Source: Paraspadella gotoi
Taxonomy: Eukaryota; Animalia; Chaetognatha
Assembly: GCA_051294375.1 (NCBI GenBank)
Contig: CM119270.1
Coordinates: 17,109,904 to 17,173,903 of the forward strand
Reading direction: 5' to 3'
DNA: 64,000 nucleotides
The notes under the pieces were generated by a model. That model was not told the origin of the DNA. It did not search any database and saw only the letters and a list, made by a program, of their open reading frames with translations. This document shows, piece after piece, positions 40,563-54,000 of this stretch (positions are counted from its first letter, which is position 1; each line of letters opens with the position of its first letter). The translations under genes were made by a program, and so were the position numbers.

Positions 40563-41700
40563 CCCTTCTCTTCTTTTTTTGTTGTTTTGAATTGGTCATT
40601 TTCTAGTGTCGCTCTCTTTTTCCCCCCTGTTTCTCAAGGAGCTACTTCTCTTTCTCTTTTTCCCTTTTTTTCGGAAACCACTTCTCAAAAATTCCGACAG
40701 CAGATAAGACTTTTTTTATTTTAATGACAAACCGCAAACGATTTTAAGGCCATTCATTTCTTAAAGGGGAGGCGAGGAAAAAAGAATTAGGTGGGGTGCA
40801 CAATTTAAGACAGGCGACTATTTACAAAGTTTTTTTTTTACGAAACCGTCTCTTAAATAAGTAATTTGAAAATATGGGTAGTTCTACTGACTAAAATAAA
40901 CCCAAAATAAATATTAACTTACCCTGACCAAGGCCAAACGTTTGCCCTTCACCAAGAGGCGTCTTGCCGACGACGGTTCGACCCCTGCGGTCCGCGCCTT
41001 CTCGCTCGTCAAAGTCTGGAAGCCGGGCTGCGGCGCGGAGGGAGGTGGTGCCTCGGGTTTCGAGCGAAGGTGAGTAATGTGTAATTGAGTATGGTTAATG
41101 GGTGAGTTTAAAGGTCGACGTCGACGATTATGGACGACGACGGACGACGACGATATGGCATAACAACGGACGGCTCGAATCAGAGCGGACTTTTATACAA
41201 ATGGAAAAACCGATTGAAAATAAAATGGAATTTCCCGAGAGCGCGAAGAGTTAATGAGAAAGGAGACCAAATCACGGTTGGTGGATGTGAAGACGATGGT
41301 GAAAAAAAGGCGATAGAGTTTTGTGAGAAAAAAAAGGAAAATTGGTGAAGTGGGCGTTAGAAGGAGGTGATGTGTGTGATTGAGGGTGTGAGGAAATCTG
41401 GCTTGGGGGTGGTGGCGGGTGCGGTGGGTGGTGGTGAGGTGGATTGAAGATAGGCGAAGGAGAATGAGAGGCTCGGTTTTTTTAGGGTGGAGATTAAGGG
41501 CGAACATCTTGAACCGCGCGTGGTTCGTGTTGATGGGGGGACGGGAAGGGGGGCGTGGGGGGGCGGTGGGGCCTGAAGAGTAAGATGGTATGATTGATTT
41601 AATGGAAAGAGAGGAGGAAAACAACGATTGTAAGAAGCGTAAGAGTTTGATAGAGAGGACTGAGAAAGAAAGAAAGAATAGAGAAGAAAGAAAGGAAAGA
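26850..41700. repeat. Inverted duplication arm A: ~26.9-32.58 kb is the reverse complement of ~35.88-41.7 kb
   Basis: Collinear reverse-complement identity throughout, e.g. ORF 30300-30620(+) vs 37850-38227(-) and 32003-32266(+) vs 35859-36575(-). Confidence 0.95.
30640..31390 (-). mobile_element. Three tandem, variably truncated copies of a retroposon-like (LINE/SINE 3' end) repeat
   Basis: agctatcttgcccctgactttggacaggctttgg occurs three times. Mirrored at ~37120-37872; single copies at 48755-48863 and 7225-7347; remnant at ~61086-61120. Confidence 0.65.
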
Positions 41701-44542
41701 AAGAAAGAAAGAAAGATAAGAAAGAAAGAAAGATCACTCTCTTTTTTTTTGTTCAGTCATTCGCGGGGAAGAAGGAAGAAGAGAAAGGAAGAGGAAGAGG
41801 AAGAAGAAGAGAAAGAAATAGAGGATAAGGAAAAAAAAAAAAAAAAGACGCGAAACTTGATGTAAATTAAGAAAATTTTACACTTGTTTTTAGTGATTGT
41901 CCGTAAAATAGTTCAAAATTAATTTTATTTTTATTTTCAGTATAATTTGAACTCACGGTCATTATAAGTAAATGACTGATGTTCCTAATTTTAACATTTT
42001 TTAAAATTTTTAATTATAAATACATTGATAGGACGATACGAGGGGCACGTCGGCAAAGAACCCACGCATAATCGAGGTCGAAATAAAAATATAATTTTGA
42101 AAATTTTGAAAGTTGGATGCAAAAGTGAGTGAAATACGTCCGATTCTTTCCTTATTTGGGTTAAAGTCGGCGAAAGTAAAATTTGGCCCCCTTCTTCATT
42201 TGATCGCTGTCGTTAAGTCAAGTCTTTAAATAGAAATCTACTATGAAATTAAATTCAATTGGGGCGGGGGTTCAAAACTTTAGTCTTCAAGTCTACATTC
42301 AGGTAAAAAAATATTTTTTTAAAAAAGTTCGATTTTAATGCTTTTATTGTTGCTATCAAAATTACAATATTACTATATAATGATAATTTTTTTTAAAACT
42401 TTTTTTGATGGATTCTGATAGAGCATACGAAGTTAAATAAAAAATATAACTACAACTTTCAAAAATTTTTATGTTTTCTTGGTCAAAATTAAGAAAAAGG
42501 AATAACATTATCGAAAGATGATGATGACGATGATTATAAATAATTTTTCATATTTTTCACCCACTTATGTCATAAAAATATCGAAAAAAGAATTGATCAC
42601 TTTTTATCATTAAGAGTTCTATAATATAAAATTTATTTGTCTATCATATGCTTAATCAATATTTATTATCACTTTTTTATCGAGCCTTGACCGGCGAAGC
42701 CGTGGTTCAGCTCTATAATGTTTTTAGTTTTGATTCTTTGTGGACGTAGTCGTCGTCTGTCGGCGTCACGCTATTTTTTTGTATAAAAACCTACTGCGTC
42801 TTTTATAGTTTTGGCTGGACTTACCGTTTTTTTTAGTCGGATCTGCTTATCAGCAGATCCCGACTCTATAACTCACTTTTTATAACTCACTTTTTCGGCT
42901 TCCGTCGGTTCGTCCCCCTTCAATATTGTCGGGCACACACCATTATATCATGTCAGAACATCGAATTATGATAAATTATGCAAAAAAAATGATGATGTCC
43001 GTCCGTCCGTCTGTCTGTCCGTCCGTCCGTCCGTCCTCGTCCGTTCCGTCCGTCCGTCCGTCCGTCCGTCCGTCCGTCCCACCTTAGCAAAAAGCACCAA
43101 TTACTCGTGATTGGATGGATGGATTTTAAATGAAATTTGTGTGTGGATAGGTAAGTGTGTGATTGAGCTGGATATTAAGTTTCGGTGGATCGCCGAGTGG
43201 AATATGAGTTTAAATGGAAAAACAACAAAAAAATATATTCACTATTTGACACACCATTGCTCATAGAGTGGATGGGCTGATGACCTGGAATTTATGTAGT
43301 GGTGTGAGTCAGAATGTGTGTGTGATTGAACAGGAAATCAAGTTTCGATGGATAGTTTGAGTGGAAATGAGTTTAAATGGAAGAAAAAACACAAAAACCT
43401 GTTTACTAACTGATTATGCTTCTTTTTCCTTTTATAAAATGTATCTGCACAGATGTATAATAATCAATATAATATCATGTATAATTAATCATATTAGTAT
43501 AATATAATTATTTCAATAATTAATTAATTAGTCAATCAATCCGTCCATCCGTCCCATCTTAGCAAAAAGCTCCAATAACTCGTGATTGGCTGGTTGGATT
43601 GGAATTAAATTTTGTGTGTGGGTAGGAAAGTGTGTTTAAAGCTGGATATAAAATTCGATGGAATCGTTGTGAGTGGAAATTAGTTTAAATGGAAAAAACA
43701 TAAGTCGAATTTACTAAAATCTTTTTACTTATTTTAACCAATAAATACTCCTATTAATCATAATTGGATGGATAGATTGAGTTGAAATTTTGTGTGTGGG
43801 TAGGAAAACGTATGACGAAGCTTGATATAAAGTTTCAGTGGAAACGTTACCAGTGGAAATGAGTTTAAATGAAAAAAATATGAGTCACATTTACTTGAAT
43901 CTTTTTATTTATTTTAACCCATGATAGATTGAGATGAAATTTTGCTGAGCCGGTAGGAAAGTGAGTGAAGAAGCTAGATATAAAGTTTTGACGGAATGCA
44001 AGTTGAAAAAATTATGCAAGTTGAAAAAATGATGCAAGTTAAAAAAATCTTATAAAAGCATAAGGATCGTCGCTTATTGCATAAAAAAGAGAGAGAGAGA
44101 GAGAGGAGAAGAAAAAGAGAGAGTGAGAGAGAGAGAGAGAGTGAAGAGAGAAAGAGGAGAGAGAGTGAAGAGAGAGAGAGAGAGAAGGAGACATTAAAAA
44201 TAAAAAATCTTAAAAGACTCAAGATCGAGCCAGAGCCCACTATCATAGAAAAATTAATGAAAAAAACCGGGAAAAAAACGAATGAATCATGCGATAACGA
44301 ATTGTTGATGTACTAGTAATGTGATGACGGTAATACTAATGATTGATGTAATGAGTAATTTATTGATGTAATAGGAATTGATTATTTATTCGATGATAAT
44401 CAATTATTGATGCGATGATAGTCATTCACTGCTGTGATGATAGTCATTCAGTGATGCGATGATTGTCATTCATTGATGCGATGATTGTCATTCATTGATG
44501 CGATGATAGTCAATAAAACAAACAAATGCGTGTATGAGTGAA

Positions 44543-44573
<31 letters not shown>

Positions 44574-44600
44574 ATGAGAGGAGAGACGAGGAGAGAGAGG
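32590..44600. repeat. Inverted duplication arm B: ~32.59-35.55 kb is the reverse complement of ~41.75-44.6 kb
   Basis: For example (GGAC)n at 34210 vs (GTCC)n at 43000, and ccccgcgaaatgactgaac at 35535 vs gttcagtcattcgcgggg at 41751. Confidence 0.95.
42670..44245 (+). mobile_element. Non-autonomous Helentron/DINE-1 (HINE)-like element; mirror copy at ~32985-34635
   Basis: In order: T-run plus atcgagc, a terminal hairpin (tgaccggcgaagccg..tca), an internal hairpin gtcggatctgct-tatc-agcagatcccgac, a (TCCG)n microsatellite, then about five diverged 150-190-bp tandem units (aaattttgtgtgtgggtaggaaagtgtg...gagtggaaatgagtttaaatgg). The 3' boundary is uncertain. Confidence 0.6.
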
Positions 44601-45121
44601 AAGAGAGAGAGAGAAAGAAAGAGAGAGAGAGAGGAAAGAGAGAGAGAGAGAGAAAGAAAGAGAATAAATCCACGAAAATCTCGGATGAAAATATGGGATT
44701 TGTATTGAAAAAAAGCGCGGAATAAATGGCAATAATAAAAAGTTTTTTAGAAGGAAAAAAAATAATCAGAATTTTCAAAAAACAACAACGATCACGCAAA
44801 AGATCGGACAGATAGGAACAGACACACACAGCAGAGACAGAGAGAGAGAGAGAAAAGAGAGAGAGAGAGAGACAGCCGCTGCAGAGAAAAAGAGAAAGAG
44901 AAAGAGCGATATATAATAATTAAAAGAGAGAGAGAGAGAGAAGCTCTACAGCCCCTTTACTCGTTATAGAATCAGGTACTTATGGCGCCGCACGGTAGCG
45001 TGAGCTATTCTCTACCCAAAGGACCCGGGTTCGCGCCCTGTTCGCGGCATCGTTTTTTACATTAGTGAACCCACATTATATCTAAAAAAATTTTTTGTAA
45101 AAAAAAAAGAGAGAGAGAGAG

Positions 45122-45153
<32 letters not shown>

Positions 45154-46870
45154 AAGAAGCTGGACAGACGCTGCAGAGCCGGAACTCGTTTTTAGAAGAA
45201 GCAGTGACGGAGAAAAAGAGAGAAAGAGAGAGCGACATATAATTAAAACGTTTTTTGTTTTGTAAATAAAACATAAACAATACCAATATTGATATGAAAA
45301 CATGAGAATTTTAAAGATCTTGATGATTAGAAGCCATATATGAAAATTCAACTCCCTATGATATCACACTTTCAGAAGCCATGATTGCAAAAAAGCGAGA
45401 CCGAAAGCTAAACCGAAAAAAAATCTAGACAGGACGGGCTTTGCCCGCCTGGCTCGATAATAGAGGATATTTGTTTGTTTTGATTAAAATGGTAAACAAA
45501 ACATTTAATAACTGTCCTGACTCAATTTTAAGGACATCGGATGATGAACAAGCTGAATATAAATTATAATTAATCTATTAATTTATAATTAATTAATTTA
45601 TTAATTAATTAATTAATCTAATTAATTAATTAATTATTAATCATTATTAATTAATTATCGTAGGCAGATCCGACATTGTTTGCTCAAACTTGTTAAAATA
45701 AAAATTATTATGAATTATTATAAAGTTTTACAAAGTGTGCGTCCATCATAGTAGGTTAAAAAATTAATATGGCTTTTCTCAACTTGAAATAGCTTTGATA
45801 TTTTCTTATTACATTTTGCGATTTAAGTATTTTTTGTTGAATTTCCATTTCATTATGATTTACTGCCAATATGCAAATGAGATTATAGTACTCACTATAT
45901 AATATCCAAATTAGTATTATAGAAATGCTTTAAGCTTAATTTACATATTGCAGTATATAATATTGAAGATGAAATCAAAAAAATTTTTTTTAAATTTCTA
46001 ATAAAAATGGGAACTCAAAGGATTTTTTAATGAGAAGCTATATCTTAATTTTTTAATACAAATAAAAATAAAACTCTTTTACAAGCTGCGATTTGGAAAA
46101 AATTGGAAAAGTTCCAATTGCTAAACCATGTAACATTTTTTGCCTTTCTTTTATTTATTTTTTAATTATATATATTTTTTTAGGCGCTGCCTTTTCTGAA
46201 TCGTTTAAAACGAGTTCAGTTTCTCTCTGTCTATCTTGTGGTGCGATCTCTTGCGTGATCGTTCGTTTTTTGAAAAATTCTGAATTTTTTCTTCCGTTTC
46301 TTAAAAAAAACATATTATATTTGATTCAGGCGCGCGGCCTTTTCTGAAATTCGTTTAAAAAAACGAGTTCAGCTCGTGCTCTTCTCTCTCCCTCGGTCTC
46401 CTCCGGCGTCTCCTCGTTCTCGTTCTCGTCTCTCTCCTCTCTCTCTCTCTCTCTCTCTTCTCTTTTTCTTTACAAAAAAAAAATTATTCCACTGTGTTTC
46501 ATCACCGTTTTTTGAAAAATTCTTATGATTTCTTTCTTTCTAAAACTTTATTATCGCCATTTATTCCGCGCTTCTTTCTCAATACAAAATCCCAAATTTA
46601 CATCTGAGATTTTCGTGGATTTTTTGAGAAAATCTGTGAAGAATAACTTACTTGACCTGGATTTCGTGGCCGTTGGGCGCAACGAGTAACACAATGTCGA
46701 GGAACATGACCTAATAAGCGCGTGTTTGATTGGGCAACGGAAACGTTACGTGTATAAAAAAAAATCAACTTGACCGAGATCACGCCGATATAAACAAGAG
46801 TGGCCCTAATATTGCGGTATCGGTGTGGCAGGGAAAACTTCTCTTCTCTCTCTCTCTCTCTTTCTCTCCT

Positions 46871-46903
<33 letters not shown>

Positions 46904-46952
46904 TTTACAAAAAGAAAAATGTATTCAGCTTGTAAACGAGTAAACGAGTTCC

Positions 46953-46993
<41 letters not shown>

Positions 46994-47235
46994 CTCTATC
47001 TTTCTCTCTATCTGTCTCCTCTCTCTCTTTATCTCTTTCTATCTCTTTTTTTGTACAAAAATAATTTTTAGTCACCTTTTTTTCACCTCCGTCATTAAAC
47101 GAGTTCCGGCTCTCTCTATCTCTCTCTCTCTCTTTTGTTTTTTTTTACAAAAAAAAATTTTTAGTCACTTTTTTTTTCACCAGGCGAACGAGTAAACGAG
47201 TAAACGAGTTCCGGCTCTGTGTTCAGTCTGCTCTG

Positions 47236-47266
<31 letters not shown>

Positions 47267-48480
47267 CTCTCTCTCAATGTACGATCGTTCGTTTTTGAAA
47301 AATTCTTATATTTTTTTTTCTTCTAAAAACTTTTATTATGCGCCATTTATTTTTTTTTCTCTTATACAAAAGTCCCAAATTTACATCCGAGATTTTCATG
47401 GATTCATTTTAGAAAAAAATGCAGGCAATGTCACATGTTACATCAGCTTGCTTGCGTGTACATATAGCTGCCATATGTCCGGCAATTGCGCGGATTAATT
47501 TAAATTGCATATATAACTTTCTACCAAAAATTTTTTTTTTGTTTTTGTTTATTACTGTAACTTTGGACCGGGTCGGCCCCACTATTGGCAAATTATATCT
47601 AAAATAGGAGTTGAGAAGAGAGATATTGTCAAATTAAACATTACTTTTTTTGTTATTCTAACAATTTTTACAATTTTAAAATTGTAAATTTTTTTAGTGT
47701 TATTATTATTTAATCATTTTATTCTTTAAAATAATAATTATTTGAGTTGGGATAAATATTTATAAATTAGTTAAATATGCAAATATGAAATTTGACCTCG
47801 GTTCTGGTTTCTTCTTTAAAAAAAGAACAATCTAAAATTTCATTCAAGATTAAAACTTTTTTAAGATGAGGACCTAAAATTTTTTTTGATAAGTAAAAAA
47901 AATATTAGAAAGGAAAAGAGTTCGTCCCCTACTCAGATACGTCGAAAAACGAGTTCAGCTCTGCAGGGCGGTCCAGCTTCTCTCTACTCTCTCTCTCTCT
48001 CTCTCTCTCTTTTTTTCTTTCTATTTATTCCGCCATTTATTCCGCGCTTTTTTCTCAATACAAAATCCCCAATTTACATCCGAGATTTTCGTGAATTTTT
48101 TTCAAAAAATTTGATTATTCTTTATATAAACGAGAGTGAAAACTGACCAGCCTCTCTCACTCTTTCTTCTCTCTCTCTCTCTCTTTCATTCATACACGCA
48201 TTTGTTTGTTTTATTTACGATGAATGATTCATCGCGTCAATGAATGACTATCATCGCATCAATGAATGATTATCATCATATCCATGAATGATTATCATCA
48301 CATCAATGAATGACTATCATCGCATCAATCATTTGATTATCATCAACATCAGTTATTTTGTTATCATCGCATCAATTATTGGTTATCATCGCATCAATAT
48401 TTGGTTATCATCGCATCAATATTTGGTTACCATCGAAAGCGGCTCGATCCCTATTGCTTTTAAGATTTTTAACTAATGAA
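44050..48480. repeat. Cluster of modular repeats interleaved with (CT)n/(GA)n, in opposite orientations on either side of ~45.3-46.2 kb
   Basis: Modules aaacgagttccggctct and tttattccgcgc...tacatccgagattttcgtgg (46560, 47345, 48035; reverse at 44665), plus a 22-bp minisatellite atcatcgcatcaatgaatgact (48220-48430; reverse at 44400-44510). Confidence 0.8.
44975..45058 (+). mobile_element. tRNA-derived Pol III unit or SINE head
   Basis: A-box-like tggcgccgcacgg, B-box-like ggttcgcgccc and a T6 terminator. Shares acccaaagg(a/t)cc.gggttc with the 5309 element. No intact cloverleaf. Confidence 0.5.
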
Positions 48481-48754
48481 AGCACAGTATAACATTGAAG
48501 CATTTAAATATTTATCAATACATAAGCAATGAAAAATTTTTTTGTAAGAATGGATTTAAAAAGCCCATAAAAATTATATATACAAAATATAATACATTTT
48601 TTAATATTTTGATAATAAGTGGGTCAAATTAATTTTAACCAATAAAATATAAAAATTTTAAAATCTTATAATAATATTTTTTATTTATTTTTTCAATCTC
48701 TACCCGAATCTGTTTTTAAAAATTCTGATTTAAAAAAAAAATATTTATTATATA

Positions 48755-48863
48755 TAAGAGTGATGGAGGCCTTAAACCACCAAAGCCTGTCCAAAGTCAG
48801 GGGCAAGATAGCTTATTTATTAAATGAATGGATAATTTTTATATTGGTTGTACCAATTTCATA
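48755..48863 (+). mobile_element. Short 5'-truncated copy of the retroposon-like family
   Basis: aagagtgatggaggccttaaaccaccaaagcctgtccaaagtcaggggcaagatagc...ttggttgtaccaatttcata. Confidence 0.7.
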
Positions 48864-51035
48864 TAATAAACTTTAAATACTTTTATATTATTAACTATAT
48901 ATAAAATCTTAATTTTTTTAAAATTTCGTCATCCTACAGGGATGCTCTAACGTTATTTATATTACAGAACTCTTAGTGTTTACTTTGTTCCGCCTTACTA
49001 CCTATATCTCATCTTAAAAATAAAAAAATCCTATTTATAAATAAATATTAAAAAATTAAGTATGAAATAATATTAAAATTTTTAATCTATTCAACTTTAA
49101 AAAAAAATGTCTAAATTTTCGTTTGAGCAGGTGCTTAATACAAATTTCTTAACCACCTTACTAGAAAAATAGAAATCATTTGTTTTATCATTACATTTCA
49201 TACAAGCTATGGGAAGCGCCGCCTTAAGAAGCTACTTAGCAAAAACAAATGAACAACGATAATTCTTTTTACTTTATTTCTTTACGAAATATAATTTGGA
49301 CAATGCGGAAGGTAAAACTTCGGAGGCCGAGGTAAAACGGAAAACCCTAATCAGAAAGGTCATGGCAAATACTCTTTCAATCGCCCTGTTGCGTATTGCA
49401 AGTTGCGTATTGGCTCGAATGATTACATTCTTTTTGTAACTTGTAGTAATTTAAGAAAACAAGACAGCTGATGGGAACTAGGCTAAGTAAGCTCCAAATA
49501 TTCTATGAGACTGACTTGACAAATAAATTCATATTTAAATATAAGATCGACTTTTATTACAGTAGAATAGTTGTAGTAGCAATAAAGTGGAATTTGTGGT
49601 TGTGAGTCGTCATGATGATTCAATGTGCCGTTTATGTTCAAATTATGCAAAGATGTTGTGAAGCATGGCGGAAAAAAGCTGCAGTGATTATAGCACATCC
49701 ACATCATTTCATTATAATATCTGGACAACCAACAAAAATACAATAATATAAACCTGATCGGGATTATTATAATGATAATAATTTTAATAATAATTCAATT
49801 ACTTTCAAAACGGAAAAAAACTTCATAGTCATCAGCCTATTAAAATAAATTTACGTACTTTGATTCTAATACGCCAGAAAAATAACGAATAGAACATTTT
49901 TAAAAAGAATTATTATCAATGATTAACACTTGATTTGACTTGGGGTGGATTTGGGATCAAGTGATCCAGATGTCGACTGCTTTTTCTTTTACTGCTGCTA
50001 CAAAATTTAGCAACGAAAACAAAACGAAAACAAATATTCATTATTTACATCCGAGGAAAAAACTGGTGTTTTTCGACAGGCGGACCGACTGCAAACGCAA
50101 GCGTCACTGCTAAAAAAATCAAAAACAGTCAATTCAATTCAATTCGATTCGCAGAACAGAATTCAGAAAAAAATCTCTATAGTCTTTACAAAACTTGTAA
50201 CGTGAATATAACATGACTAAGTTGCAATGTACATCTCAGTTACTCTGTTTGTGCAAGGATAAAATATACAAAGAGAGAGAGAGGAGAAAAATTTTCATTG
50301 AAGAGAAGGAATTTTGTTTTTCTCCTAATTTTCTGTAATAGAGGATTGAGTACTCGCGTATGTAGCGATTTTATAATAGTACAAAGAAAACGAAATATCA
50401 TTAATACGGAAAAAATGACGAGAAAAGGGATTATAATAAAACAAAAACAAAAATTACACGTCCCCAAAGTAAGATAAAAAAAATCCAAAACAAGCAACCG
50501 AAATACAACCTAAAAATTGTGGGGGTGAAAAGGCAGAATTGCAAATCTATAAATTTAACTAAATCAATGAGAGATTAAAGATCCTTTGACAACAGCAACT
50601 AGTGTTTAGTTGGAAAAAACTTTCAAAATTTATTTCAGAAAATTTTTAATATGACAAGAATTGATCAAACTCAATCCTTTTGTGCGAATAATTGTATTTG
50701 TATTTTATTTATTTTTTTCGTAATTTTATTTCGAAATAAGTAATTCATTAGGTACTAGTAAAATATATTTCTGTTTCAAAACTAAACACAAAGTAACTAT
50801 AGTCCAAATTGTTTTTTTCGTAAAGCTAAAATAAAGTAAAGAAAAAAAATAATGCTGAAAGATAAAGAAACAGTGATGGTTCACAAAGAGAAATTATTCA
50901 TAAATAATATAATTTTAAAAATTATTTATGCCTTCGGTGATAGAAAAAGGAAAAAGAAAAGCCAAGTGTTAAGATGACTGCATAGTTCCGAAGGTGGCGG
51001 GGTGAGAAAAGGTTTTGTGGATTGGGGGAGGGCGA

Positions 51036-54000
51036 TCAACGAGGTCGGGCCTGCCGTCGTTTTGAGGATGCGTGCACCGGTCCCAAGTCGTTGTCTGAAA
51101 TATCAAAAATTAAGATGGTTAGGGTGAACCATTCAAATAAAGTTTATGAATATCTCGTCATCCAAGTTGAATTTCGCATTTGCCATATAACCACTCACTA
51201 TTTCATGACAAAGCCCTCAAAAAGATAAAAATAAATCCTCACCCACACTCAAACCCGCGCCTCACCTTTGTCCTTCGTAGATCTCGTGGTTCTTTTGGGT
51301 TTTTTCGTCGGCTCCGTCGCCGTCGCCGCCGCGGCGCCGCCTGCAGACGCCGCCGTCGTCGTCGCCATTTCCGCTTCCTTCCTCTTTGCGTTTTTCGCGC
51401 CGCTAGCGGGAATGACGACCTCGGCGGCGACCTTTGGCGCCGTCCACTCGACGGCGCCGGCGTCGACCACGCCGACCGAATCCAAGACGACGTTTTTCTC
51501 GAGTTTGATCTTTTTCTCCGGCGGCGGGTTAAGTGCCGCCGCCGTCGTCGACGGCGGCGGTGGTTTAGGCAACGGCGTCGTCGTGGCGTAGTCGTGATCG
51601 GCGGCGGCGACGCGCGCCATCGACGAAGCGGCATCCTCGTTTCTCGACGAAGACGAAGAAGTGAAAACGACGGAGGCGGTTGCGACGGGAGGTGGAGGCA
51701 CGCGGGAGGAAGTTGAGGATAAAGGATGAAGTTTATCTCGAGGCGTCTGGAGTTCGGTGGAGGCTAATCTCTCCGCGGGTAAGGAACTGCTGTTTAGGGG
51801 AAAAAAATGGTAATGTCATAATGGATTCCGGTCAACGATCGATCAAGATTTAATTGTAATAGACAATCACCTGTACACGAGGGTGGGTAGAGGGCGGGAT
51901 ACTTCGATCGGGACGACGGCGGCGGGCGGGGTCGAGGCGGCTGGGGTGGCTGACATCGACGGGACGACGACGACGACGTCTTTCAAGCTTAAGGCAGAAG
52001 TGGTGGTCGATGCATCCGATGCAGAGGGTTTGGAGGCGGTGGAATAGATGGCGGCGTTCGAAGAAGAGGGCGTGGTGGACGAGGGGTTGGAAGATGCGAC
52101 GGTGGAGAGAGTGGAAACGAAGGGAGAGGAGGAAGAGGGGAGGGACGAGGGAGATTCCGTGGAGACAGAGACTTGAGTCGATTTCAAAGCGCTGAAAATT
52201 TAAATTATGGTCGTCTTGTCAATTTAGATGAAATAAAACCTACCCCAGAAAGAGAAAACATCAGCGATTATTTTGATGTAGTACAATAAAATAAAACTGA
52301 AATCTAATTATTGAATCCCGACCCCGAACTACTAAAACGCGAACATGATGAAACAAAGTAAAATTGCCTTCCCAGTCTCCAAATAAGCCGCCTCACGGAC
52401 AGGAATCATTCCTCACCTAATGTTTAATTGCGTCGTAACGACGATATTGTTGGTCGATGTCGAAGCAGCTCGCGAAGATACCGAGGTGATTTGCAAAGAT
52501 GCCGTGGCGGCTTGCGATAACGCCGTAGCAGATAGCGAAGTTGAAGGAGCAGCTTGCAAGGATGCCGCGACGACCTGCGAAGAGTTCGCGTTCGATAACG
52601 CTGACGTCGTCGTTGTCGTCGTCGTGACGGGTTTCAACGAAGGTTTTGAGTTTTCGGTCGATGCACCCGCGAAGGAAAGAGATGCGCCGCTTGAGAGAGC
52701 GCCGGAAGCGAGTTCGATGGCGGCGTCGATTGACGTCAACGATGGCGTCGACGATGACGGCTCCGACGACGACGGGGCGCCGACGACCAACGCCACCTTC
52801 GGCGGCGACCCGACGGCGGTGGCGGTCTGAATGGCCTGCTGGACTTTGGCCGCGTCCGGTTGAAGAAGTTCCGTTTGCGAGTCCGACGGCGCCGTCTTGA
52901 TGATGGGAAGGTCTTTGACCGTCTGTTGCTGCTGCTGTTGCTGCTGATGTTGTTGCTTGGAGATTTGGGCGATTTCAGAGTCGAGGGATTTTTGCGCGGC
53001 GTCGCTGGATATGGTGGGTCGAACTCCGGTGCCGTAAGGAAGAGCGCCGGAGCCGTATCCCAGCGAACCGGCGCCGTAAGCCGGGCGCCGCATTAGCGGA
53101 ACCGAGTCATTAGAGGAAGGGATCCGCGACATCGAAGGGCGGGGAAGATCGTGGCTTTCGCCTGAAAGGTTAAAAGCTCAAACGTAATTAATTAATTTTA
53201 TAATTGGCACGAATTTAAGAAGAAATCTATAAAATCACAAATACATACGGAGGTTCATGAAAAAAGTTCTAAGTTAAAACCACAAATTAAAATCTTTGTT
53301 AATCACTTCTTCTAAACATAGATATAGTGTAGCACGTTTAATTTTTCCTAAATACATGTTATATATATAATTATCATTATCCGTTATGTTCTTATGTTTA
53401 CATTTTACATACGCTGAATTAAATAACTTCACCTAACAACACAAACCGCTCGATCAACTCACCAGCAGCCTTGGAGGCTCGATTGAGAAGCGCTTCGGAC
53501 GAGGCCTTCCTGACCAACTGTTGGATGGACTCCTCCAAAGAAGCGGGGCTTTGATTGCTGAGGGTCGACTGAAGGAAGGCGAGTTTGTCCGCGTGGGACT
53601 TGAGATTTTTCGCGCCGTCGTTCCACCTAAATGACGCCGACGAAGCAGCGCCATCCCCGCGAGCGGCGCCGAGAGCCGTGGCCAGTCGCTTGAAGCCGCC
53701 GGCCCCGATAATGTCCGCGACGCCATTAAGGCGCGGCGACGGCGGCGTCGGCGGAGGTGTCGAGGCCTTCCCCGACGCCGCGGAGAGAGGAGGGGCGTCG
53801 ATTGAAGCTTCGACGACGACGGTGGCGCCGGAGCCTTTGGCGAGCCGCACCGGCATCGTGAGCGTGCCAAGTCGGTCGCCCGCGACGACGGAAACGGGAA
53901 GAGGCGAAGGGGTCGGCGAAGGCTCGGACGGAGCTGTTGAAATTTGGAAACGAATATTAGGCCATTTACGTAAAATAATTTTATAGTTGTATAGTAGAGC

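Noticed and set aside
44400-44510. 22-bp repeats as a regulatory or CRISPR-like array
   Set aside because: It is a contiguous minisatellite without spacers and part of a dispersed repeat family also present at 48220-48430.
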